A DNA stretch of 62,095 nt, filler included, from Choristocarpus tenellus KU-1152 (Eukaryota > Protista > Phaeophyceae), in assembly GCA_964200185.2 (NCBI GenBank). It is 11 parts of 11 records of this genome, joined end to end, with 100 filler letters (N's around TTAATTAATTAA, not from the genome) between each part and the next. Parts side by side here need not be neighbours in the genome. Positions count along the whole stretch, not along the records: positions 52,124 to 62,095 come from CAXNAD020003232.1; 10 more parts are not named here. One strand, written 5' to 3'. Shown here piece after piece: positions 52,202 to 62,095 of the stretch. Position numbers and translations under genes: made by a program. The notes below the pieces were generated by a model. The model had not been told where the DNA came from, did not search any database, and worked only from the letters and a program-made list of their open reading frames with translations. How positions within the stretch are numbered: the stretch's first letter is position 1; each line of letters opens with the position of its first letter.

Positions 52202-55177
52202 TCTGAAAACTAAATACCTTCCAAATTTCAAAATTTAGGAATCCCTGTCTGGTGTCTGGAGATAGTAAAATGACTCTGCATTACTAAGACTCCATGCTAC
52301 GCGTGTATAGTTTAATACGTTAAGTAAACAAAGTTGTAGTGATAGTTAAGATTCTTGTCAGCTCGTCGGCGAACAGAAAATATATTTTGCTGGATCTGGA
52401 CCACTGCCAACACCTTCCCGTATATATGGAAATCCTTACATACATTTGCTGCATGGACATATGATGCCGCCCACTCCTATAACCCAGACATCCATACCAA
52501 CACCACACACCAAGGCGACGAACCAACCATAAACCTGCAGCCTGTAAGCCTCTGGGTCACTAGGTGGAAATGACTCTGCAGTTCTTGTGATCCTTGGTGT
52601 GGAACTGGGTGCATCGATATAAATATTTATGATATCTAGATAGAGCGGTCAAAGACGTCAGGCAAGGCAAAAGCTCACTAACAGGAATTCAAAAGGTCAA
52701 AGCGGCCTTCACCTGATATCTTTGAAATGCAATTGCAGTTATTGTTGAGCAGATGGAAGAATGGTTGTACCTAATTTTCATAATTTAAAATGGGTGCGTA
52801 CTATAGTGTGATATTTTCCCCAGCCAGATCTGTAACCTGCTATCTGCGGGGGCATTTAATAGGAGGGGAAAAATCCCTCAAAGGTGAACCAGTGTGTGGG
52901 ATGGTTACATCAGATTCCTTGTCATAGTAGCAACATGTGTTTTCAATGGTCATAGTTCATCAACCACACTTTTGCCTCGGGGCCAAGAAAGCTGGCCCCC
53001 CACAACCACCGTGCATGTATGATCTGCTAAATAAAGTCTGTAGAAAAACATAAGTTTTGATGTGGTGATAATCAGGCTCCTCGTGAAACGTTGGCTGTCT
53101 TGATGGTTTGAAGGACCTCAATCCCCCAACATTAGTCGTTTTATCATGTGAAGAAACTTCAAGTGAGTGTATTGTGTACTGATTGGACTCAAAAGGCTCT
53201 TCCAATGGATATTTGCTCGCTGATCTACAGGTAGTCTAGAATATACAGAAACATCTGCCATCATCTTACATGTGTTGTATTTCCTGGTCTGGATTTGCTT
53301 CTTGTCCCTCCCACGACAACATCTGCAAAACGTATGTGGGCATTAAATATTTCTCAACGTATTGTTGTTGATGTATACTCTATGGAATTTGCAACGAATT
53401 TGGGTTAGGGTTAGGGGTTAGTGTGAGCATGTATGATTATGCCTTGCTTTCGATTACAGGAATTCGATCAAGTTTGTCTTTTCTTGTGACTTTTGCGTGA
53501 GTGAAAGTAAACGAGAGGTACCCAGAGTTGCATTTTAAAGATGCTGACAAATTTTTGCAATATTTATCTATTTTTACTAAATGCTTGAAGCATATTTTCT
53601 GAATAATAGTGTAGAATTTTTTCAAACAATACAGAAATGAACCTTCTCAAGTCAATCTTAGCAGCACTTATCGATAGATATATGGGTGAATTGCAAAATA
53701 TCTAAATACTGACTCAAAATGCGAAACGACCAAGACCTAGGTACCTCTCGTTTACTTTGACACTGTTAATTTCATCAATCCAATTGTCCAAACAGAAGGA
53801 CAAACTAATCAAGGCAAAAAAAAAATCAGTTCTAATTAAGTGCATACCCAACACATGTATCCTTCTCAACCTCCTGTCAACAAGCCCACAGGCACAATCG
53901 TTTGGTTGTCGTTTCTGGGGAAACTTCTGCGTATCGTGGTACGGCACAGGTGCACATGAAACTACACAGCATCAAGTTTTTCCATTTCAAGTCCATCACT
54001 TTTCTAAATTCCCAGGCCTGGGATTGAGAAGAATGTAGCAGAAATGGAGGCGCGAATTTAAGGAGTAGAGTTGTCCACCTATATACATACCTCGTGCTAC
54101 AGTTGGGTGTATGTTCGTGCTGAACAGCTCTCATCTACTCGATCAATGGTGAAAACGTAATACACTCACAAACTGTAGTGCATATAACATGATACTCGGG
54201 AGGACCTCAGAGAACAGTTGAGATCTGATCACACACAGTGCTTGCAACCCCAATCATTGACGGGCACAGCATTTTAGGCTTTCCGTTTCCTGTACAGGCA
54301 GACCTGTATTGTCAAGTCTATGCTTGCAATTGTGTTTGAAGATTGCTTCTCTGTGACTGTTCTCATCTACCTCAAAGCTGGTGGTCACAGCTTTGTGGTA
54401 CCCTGCTCACTTCAAGCGGCAACTTCTGCAATATGCTACACCTGAAGTGCAACGTAGGAGATAGTTCAGTAGATTATATCCGAACTATGTGTGGTGTACG
54501 GGATATTATGCATGCATGCATGAACAGTGTGCCATCTCAAGAGGGAGGGGGAGAAGGTCTGACTTGTTGGGTCACACTTCTCCAAGTAATCCCTTATGTT
54601 CATATCTCCTGTTTCTTTGGTCGTCCTGTGATAGTGAACTCTTGAAGGATGAAAACAGATGGACAAATATCGCATAAAATATTATTGTTGCAAAGTCATA
54701 CATTCATGTTTCTGGTATATCCAGAAGTAAAACTAGGTCTAAAAAAAGCAAGACTCTGCAACCATATGTATGTTCGAAGGCGAGGTTCAAATCAATGCAC
54801 CTTTTTACTTGTGCATTCCTGATGGACTACACCAATACCAGCAGAGCTGCCGCTTAAAATATATTTGCTTTGTTTAGTATCGTTATGTCCTTCACCACAG
54901 AACATATATATACTAAACATTCACGTACAAACCAATAAAAATAAACCCACAACATACATTCTTGAGGACCCATCCACAAAATTAAGAGTTGACTCAGACT
55001 TGCGCTTACTAAACGTAGCGAACGCTATACATACTCATTCTAATGCAGAAGATGTATTGCGCACTCTAATTGTGATGCGATACTCTGCCCATTTTCCAGT
55101 GTAACCTAAATATGGTATATGCCGTAAACCTAATCTCAGAGAAAAAAATATCCATACCGCAGAAAACTCTCCACCTT

Positions 55178-55231
55178 ACACACACACATACACACACACA
55201 CAAGCACACACACGCGCGCGCACGCACACAC
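55178..55231. repeat. (CA)n/(CG)n microsatellite downstream of the terpene-synthase-like gene
   Basis: Directly visible. Confidence 0.85.
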
Positions 55232-55364
55232 AAGTACCCAACGCAAGTAACTGCTGTGAATGCCCTAGATCAAACTACCCTTCATACTCGCGCTAGTGCA
55301 ACAGATAATAGACATTCGCGGCTTTACCCTGCTTGCCTGTCCAGAGGTTTCGAGTTCAAGAGGA

Positions 55365-57020
55365 TCAGTAGAAACACTCATTAAGGCGGCTGTACCATTC
55401 ACGGTCAAAGCCTCTCATGGCTTGAATTTCTTCATCCTGCTGATAAACCAAAAAACGATTCAACCACGCTTTCACTTCTGCGTTAGCCTCATCATACACT
55501 TGTTTCCAGTAGCCTTGCATGTAGACAATGGCTTCATCCGGGGTCTCGAAGTAGTGTGACACAGTCAAATGCGAGTTTTCATCCCGGTCCCGTTGAAGAT
55601 CGTAGAGGTCATTGAGGGCTGCAGCCGCACTTGCAGCTCGTTCAACGGTCCCGTCCTAGAATTCACGTCATTTTAGGATTTCGACAATGTAGGGATCAAC
55701 ACAGTGGACTCTACGGTTATAGGCAATGGAGGTTACCTATTCAGCCTCTCTACTAAGATAGTTTACGTGCATTGGGTCAGTCAATCGCAGCCTCAGTTGA
55801 AGGTGTGATTTCACACCCAATACAATTGTTCGTTGGCGATATATGGGGAAACACAAAGAAAACATTTGATACGGCAAAGCCCCAGAAAGGCTTGAGAATC
55901 TGTGCGTTGCCTTACCTTGGGCCACTCTTCCCCACACCAGACCACGCCAGCACATGGGACAAGACCGCCAGTCCACGCACGATATTCGAGGTACATCTCC
56001 AGTGTAACCTCCTTCATGGTCGCGTCCACCCCATCTGGTGTAGCAGTCATGCGGGTGTACTTGATAAAGTTGAAGATACCCCTGTCAATCTCGGCCATAA
56101 CACGGTTAGAATGGGTGCTGTAGCGAGCATCCACCTGAGCGTGCAATTTGGTAGACATTTTCGTTTTCAGTTGCTCGACATATGTACTGTACTCCAGTAC
56201 GAAGTAGAAATTATGTCTCACTTTTTGAAGAACGTGCAATATGAAAGTTTATCTCTTAGGATCATATTCATTATATACATACCTCGGCGATGAGCTTCTT
56301 GTAATGAGGCCGAGCAGAGTCTGCAATCTTCATTACTGGGCCAAACTTGGATACATCATCACGAGCGAAACGGTGGGCGTTTTCAGCGTCCTTATTGAGG
56401 TCTCCTAAGGGTTGCGATGATGCGGGATACAATAGGCAAGTTCAGGACGACACAAAGGGAATTCTGTTTGCAGCGAACTCCATGCAGCTATTCTGCTCTT
56501 ATCAGTCAAGACCAGGTGGGTATGCAGGCGGAGGAGAGTGTGTGCATGCATCAGTTAGTGGCAGCGCATCAGTTTGTTGTACTTACATCATAAAATGACG
56601 TGGAAATCCTACTATATAGTGGAAAAGGTGAAGTTCGAGAGAAAGCAATTGCATTTTCCCCGCAGCTGGCTTTCTCCCAAACTCTACTGGCATGGATGTC
56701 GTGCGGTGTTACAATTTACGATAATGTAATCACGTATCGATAGGCGGTAGACAAGTCATCCTTCTTTACAAATGCCAGCAAGGGAATGGAAACTAACCTA
56801 TAGGGTCGTCGGGACCGTGGCCTGCCCAAGGGTCATTGTCGATTATCCAGTCGAGTTTCCAGAGCAAGTATGTGTAGAGCTTGTTGATAGTTTCATCTAC
56901 GGGTGGCATGTCGTCCCGAGCCATAATCCGCGCGAAGTCGGTGCTCATTCTGTCCGGTAGTTCCTTGCCCCAAGTACTCTTGTCGGGAAGTGCCTGACAC
57001 TCCCCTGATTGTGTAGACAT
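55365..57020 (-). CDS. Complete 4-exon gene, 284 aa: putative class I terpene synthase / isoprenoid-synthase-fold enzyme (microbial-type, single alpha domain)
   Basis: Hand-spliced exons are 57020-56798, 56404-56283, 56134-55916 and 55655-55365. All three introns are GT-AG with compatible phases (1,0,0), giving 855 nt with no internal stop. Protein: MSTQSGECQALPDKSTWGKELPDRMSTDFARIMARDDMPPVDETINKLYTYLLWKLDWIIDNDPWAGHGPDDPIGDLNKDAENAHRFARDDVSKFGPVMKIADSARPHYKKLIAEVDARYSTHSNRVMAEIDRGIFNFIKYTRMTATPDGVDATMKEVTLEMYLEYRAWTGGLVPCAGVVWCGEEWPKDGTVERAASAAAALNDLYDLQRDRDENSHLTVSHYFETPDEAIVYMQGYWKQVYDEANAEVKAWLNRFLVYQQDEEIQAMRGFDREWYSRLNECFY. The motifs fall in class I terpene synthase order: Asp-rich LDWIID, TLEMYLEYRAWTGGLVPC (pyrophosphate-sensor Arg/effector region), NSE-like NDLYDLQRD. 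Confidence 0.75.
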
Positions 57021-57165
57021 GTTGGGGAAATTGACAAGGTGTAAGAGGAACAACAGACACTGCTTAGTTGGGATCTGGACGCCACTACTTTCTTGTTGTG
57101 GTGTGCGTGGAAGTTGCAGATTGCGATACGTAGTAGTGGATGAGAGTTATGAGTGGGAGTTTTTT

Positions 57166-57172
57166 TTTTATA
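57166..57172 (-). promoter_or_regulatory. Putative TATA box of the terpene-synthase-like gene
   Basis: TATAAAA on the minus strand, about 150 bp upstream of the ATG at 57020. Support is positional only. Confidence 0.3.
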
Positions 57173-58446
57173 GCATTTGGACCATTCTGATCTGATTTGT
57201 GTCGCACATCCTCTGTCTGAGTGATTATTTATGGAACCGACTACAAAATTCACCTTGTCATATCGATGAACTATGAATCGAATTTCAATATATATATGTC
57301 TTTAGTATATTGTTGTTTATCAATGAATAGTTGGAAATGTTAGTAGTAGATACAACAATTGTTGAGATGGCATGGCATTAAATCTTTCAACCCAACGAAA
57401 AAGATCTATCGGACAAATGAATTGAAAATGCGTCAATCTGTACAAAGGTATGGTAAAAGATTAGTGATAGGTGATGCTTCCAAGTAGAATAGCTTCAGAC
57501 AAAAGAAAGGAAGTATAATTTATTTTATGTAAATATTTATGTCACTGGCGATACTAATTCTGCACTACCATAGATTCCTACAGTGATCTATGTCTCTCAT
57601 TCATTGTGCATTGTTTGTGTCACTGAGTTTTTACTTTCTGTTAGATAGGGAAAGACTTATTGGGATCACCAGGGGCGGTGGGCGGCGGGCAAAAATATTA
57701 AGAACCACTTGCTCCTTTTTTTCTTCTATTTCAGTCGACTCTTCGCTTCTTCTTTCTCCAATGACTCACCGCCCATACCTCACTTTTTTTATTGTAGGAA
57801 TTGGACCTTAGTAGTTGTCCTTGTGGATCGGAGAACCTGATTGTTGAACCTTCATTGTTGTGTCCCCCATTTCCTTTTCCATTTTGTATAATTTCTTCTT
57901 TCCTATACCATATTTCTTCCATTTATCACTTTCTCTCCTTTACTACTCATCATGACAAAATCAAGTCAGGGCAGGAACTAGCCTCGACGAACCCACCTAT
58001 TTCATTCAGGAATATTCTACAACGGAAATACACTTCCGTTGGCCATGCGGTAAGAATTTGTACTGAATATGTCCTGTGAGTCTCCGCGAAAAGTTCTCAG
58101 AGACGGATCAATCCATACTATATTGCACTAATACCCTCATAAGTACAGTATTTTATAGTATTTCAAACCAAGAAATGAAACAAACCTTCATTTTACCACA
58201 ATACATTTCAAAGAAATCTGTTTTTTGATATTTTGATGTGTTCATTATAACCACTTCACAGCCACATCAAACTGTATACCTATAACAAATGGACATACAT
58301 AAATTTTTATTATGCCTTCAAACATTTCCACATGTGTCAGATGGGAGAGGAATGGACACATGTATGTCCAGAACATTTGGCGCACAAATATACAACAAAA
58401 AAAACACAATAAAATGAATCCTCAAGGTAATACACAATTTTGTAGT

Positions 58447-58740
58447 TCAACAAAGGTCGGGTTTGCGAAGTGAAGAATGATTGTAGGAATCTGTGTCTTG
58501 TGGGGGCGTAAGGAATTCAGGACTGTAGGATACGGAAATGATTGATGTCAATGAACCAGTGACACAATCCGTAGGTGTCAGTACTCCCTGAATTTTATTA
58601 GGTGCCAGGAATTGGTCAGGGCTGGCACCATAGGTTGCATATGTTTTATGGATGGGGAGAAAGCCTGCAAAACCACCACGGACAAGCTGGCCCTGGAGAA
58701 GAGTAAGTTCGCCCTCTCTATTGCTATTTAGTGCGGTACC
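58447..58740 (-). CDS. Possible terminal exon of an unidentified gene upstream of the terpene-synthase-like gene
   Basis: ttccgactag| acceptor followed by about 97 open codons (GTALNSNREGELTLLQGQLVRGGFAGFLP...PDLC*). No family recognised. Confidence 0.25.
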   Translation of the reverse strand, partial: GTALNSNREGELTLLQGQLVRGGFAGFLPIHKTYATYGASPDQFLAPNKIQGVLTPTDCVTGSLTSIISVSYSPEFLTPPQDTDSYNHSSLRKPDLC

Positions 58741-61700
58741 TAGTCGGAAGTGCAGTAACACCTGGTTAGTGAGTAGCTAGAGTTGGTAAATTAGTAATGC
58801 TCAATCCCTGTATTGAAACAAAAACATAAAAGTGGGGGAAAGACTGAATAGTGATGGCAGGGGTTCATTGCGGTCCGTCACTATCAAAGGCCTAGGGTCT
58901 GAGTCCCTCGACTGGAGGATAACTCTTCTGAATTTCTACTGTAGGAGGGTAAAAAGTAAGATTAAGTGAGAGTGAGCAGTTGTCGAGCGTCCAAGTTATG
59001 GGCTTATGAGAAATGCAAAGAAAAGTTTGAGATGATCTGAACACAACTAGTAATATTACAGGCGACGAGTAGGTTGTGACCCATTGTTTGAGCCAGGTAA
59101 CACCCTGCCTAGCTCTGATTTTGGCAAATATTGATATACCACTCGTATAGAACCACCAACGCAATGAGTCGTGCAACTGGATAAGTGATACATGTGGCAT
59201 CCCAATATTTGACAAGGTCCATACTGCACAAGATATATATATATATATATATATAGGGCGGCAATGTAATTTATTGTAGTCCAAGAGATAGTGAGAGAAG
59301 TAGCAAATAGTGAAATGTGTAATACTTCTGACCACAGACAGGTGGGGATAGGTAAGGGTCCAGCTAGGTTCCAGAGAAAAGTATAGATTAAAATAATACA
59401 ATAATGTGTATTTGTGGTAATGTTGCAAGAGACACAGACAACACCTCGTCATGTGATTGGTCTTGGAAAGTGAAAAGTGCAAGGGTACGGAGCATAACCA
59501 GGCATACCATGATGCCGTATCTAAATAAATGTAGAACATCCAACTTTGTCGAGAAGTCCTTAGGACACTAAGACACTGAAAATGACTCCAGCACACAGGG
59601 CCGACAGATATCCAGTGGAACCCAGATCTTACATGTGTTCAGACAACATTATTTGTACACGATATTTTCTTTGGTATTATTTGTACATGGACATCGATGA
59701 TTGATAAGCACACAATATTAGTTTGTGATGCATGATGCAATGATATAGTTGAACATGTTGAACATATTTTCATGGGGAAAGAAGCAACATATAACTTGCT
59801 CGGGCCCATGGTCAATTCAAAGATAATGAGAGAGAGAAATAATGCATCTACAATGTATTTCTCGAAAAGCAGAAAATATGTGGAAAAGCAACAAGTGTAG
59901 AAAAATATAAGAATTGTAGAGAGCTTCAGACAATAAACAAAAATGAAACAAAACAAAACGAAGAAATTTGAATACAGCAAGAAAGAATGTCCATGTAGGT
60001 GCATCAAGTATGCACCAGCGTCAACATCAAGGCACAACAATGCAACCCCTCCACTCATTCCAAAAAGAAAACAAGTAAAAAAACAACAACGGAGAAGATG
60101 AAAAAATGATGGAGAAAAACGCATCCATAAGACCATATCAGACTGCACACTCCAACACCAGTATCAAGGCGGTGTGGCCTGAACAATCTCGGTGCACCAT
60201 ATCATTCATCAAATAAGTTCTTGACTCCTGTGACTCCTGTCACACACACCGTTTGCACTGCCCGAGGTTAGTTGGTGAACACGGAAGGCTTTGTTGTCAA
60301 TCTGCTCCTCCTGAATTAGTTTGCTGCGGCCTATCTTGTTGTGATGGAATGCAGACGCTCAATCAATGGAAATTTTGTCAGGAATGAACTGAGTTAATTG
60401 GTGTGTAGTCCTCAGTCAGAGGTGGACTGAACAACATGTCCTGTCGTTGTTCGAGCAGCATCTCCCTCATTTCTGGACCTTGCTTTCCGCTATTGGGTGT
60501 GCAAATCAACTTGGAAGTTGAACCAACGCTGATACGATGCGATGGTCCAGTTTAAGCTAAGATGCACTGTCATGTTTCAAACAAGACGTTAGTCATGTTG
60601 AGAAATGATTATGTTTGGTAAGTGTAATGGTATCCCCCCCATTGGGATCCGTGCAGGTGTATGACCCTATTATTGTCCGTATTGGTCAAAAACGGACGCT
60701 GGCACCCCCCCCCAGATACTTTGACCCTATTTTGTCGAGCAACTGAAAATGCATTGAAGAGCGAAGTTTATTAATATCTGCAAAGTTGATCTGCCACATC
60801 AAACAGTAATATATTTCGATTTCACAATAGGATAGTCTAAGAACGCACCTACCGTGCCTAGTATTGTGAAATGCCACAATTCCAATAATTTAAGAATATT
60901 TGATATCGTAGTAGAAACATTTTGGTTCCCCAACGAGTTGATGATTACATAGCACTTGATATTCACGTGTTCACACTCAGCCCCTTGTGTGCCCATGCGC
61001 GCATGCTTCATTTGAATTGAGGTGATCCAAATATGTTTTTAGTCAATTAATTACATGCTACGTAGTAATAATCTAAACTCACAACACCAAACCTGTTCTA
61101 ATCCCCTCACCCCTCACCCTTCTTTCCAGCACAAATATTGGCACCCAGAAGGATTAACAAATAAAGGCCAACGTGATATACTGTCATGATGTGCAGTACA
61201 GGTGTGACCATACTCCCTCCTCTGAGGGTTGGGGAGGTGGTTTCACTTAAACAAGGAAGACCACCACTGCACTCAGCTTGGTTGGCATGCATATAGCATT
61301 GTCTCTTAACCGCCAAAAAAACGTGGGAGACCCCAAAACGAGGTCGGCAAGGCTTCATTCGTAAGGGACCCTGAAGGGGGTCCAGCACAAGGTTTAAGAG
61401 AGGACATAGTCCAAGGAGGAGTGGGACGGGGCAGTTTAACCAATCGTAGCGTAATAACAGTTAGTATCAGTACGTAGAGTGTAGTAGTGGTACGGCGTAG
61501 TAGTGTAACTACAAATATTGTACTCAGTACAACATTGTAGTAGTAGTAACATTGTACAATTTGGAGCATCTGACCACTGGTTGGGTAGTCCCCACAAAAA
61601 GTCAAAAATAAAAGCAATCAATATAGATCTGATCAAGGGAATTAGAACACGAAACAAGTAATAAAGGAAAAAAAAATATATATATATATATATTGTAAAT

Positions 61701-62095
61701 CCAGTCACTTCTTCAGTTCCCATCGATTCATTCTGACCAAACACGTATCCACAATGCGACTTCTATATGATCAAAGATTATAGTAGGAAAGATGTGAGGT
61801 ACGCAAAATATTTTACTCGTTTTGTTTATTATGGTTATCTTTGGCTATTTACTTTGAGAATATCGAGAGTTCGAATACTTTCCACGCTAGACCTTTTTAA
61901 TGTAAAACTTGTTTCGATTTCGATTATCGAAACTTCGTCGACCCAAATCAGTATTTGGTATAATGTTGATTATACTGTTGCGAACAAGTCTAGGCGTACC
62001 AATATTCTCTTGAACACCAATTTACGAGGTATAAAGTAGGTACCCCGATTTTGTTCACCCATGGGCATGCCCGAAAAAAGCGGTACAGAATTGAT

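Noticed and set aside
53714-53947. Ulp1-like protease motif (PQKRQPNDCACG)
   Set aside because: The spacing does not fit QxNxxDCG, and no upstream His/Asp motifs are visible.
8871-57020. A gene cluster linking the transporter, cyclin, BMS1, CHD and terpene synthase
   Set aside because: Each gene sits on a different contig separated by artificial linkers, so there is no evidence of physical linkage.
58892-60148. Long hydrophobic ORFs (234 aa and 169 aa) as membrane proteins
   Set aside because: They come from T-rich low-complexity sequence, including an (AT)n run and a LINE-3'UTR-like tract, and show no family motif.

Overview
This is eukaryotic nuclear DNA. It is probably from a stramenopile, most likely a brown alga; that is inferred from the RTE-LINE type, the long repeat-filled GT-AG introns and the pseudo-scaffold linkers. 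The window is not one locus. It is 11 small contigs joined by ten artificial 100-bp N44-TTAATTAATTAA-N44 linkers, so adjacency across a linker has no biological meaning. Most listed ORFs are spurious. Spliced host-gene fragments that I could rebuild by hand are an SLC35F6-like transporter (3' exons), a cyclin-Y-like gene (5' exons), BMS1 (middle exons) and a CHD6-9-like chromodomain remodeler (with a predicted GC-AG intron). There is also an intact tRNA-Thr(AGT). The best finding is a complete, compact 4-exon gene on the minus strand (57020-55365, 284 aa) that the ORF track splits into pieces. It looks like a microbial-type class I terpene synthase / isoprenoid-synthase-fold enzyme with non-canonical metal-binding motifs (LDWIID, YLEYRAWTGG, NDLYDLQRD). 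The rest is mostly decayed transposons: Copia gag/pol remnants and one LTR, RTE and CRE-like LINE remnants, and a DD40D plant-type mariner pseudogene. Two very abundant MITE families share the terminal core AAAGTATCT but appear to differ in target-site-duplication length.
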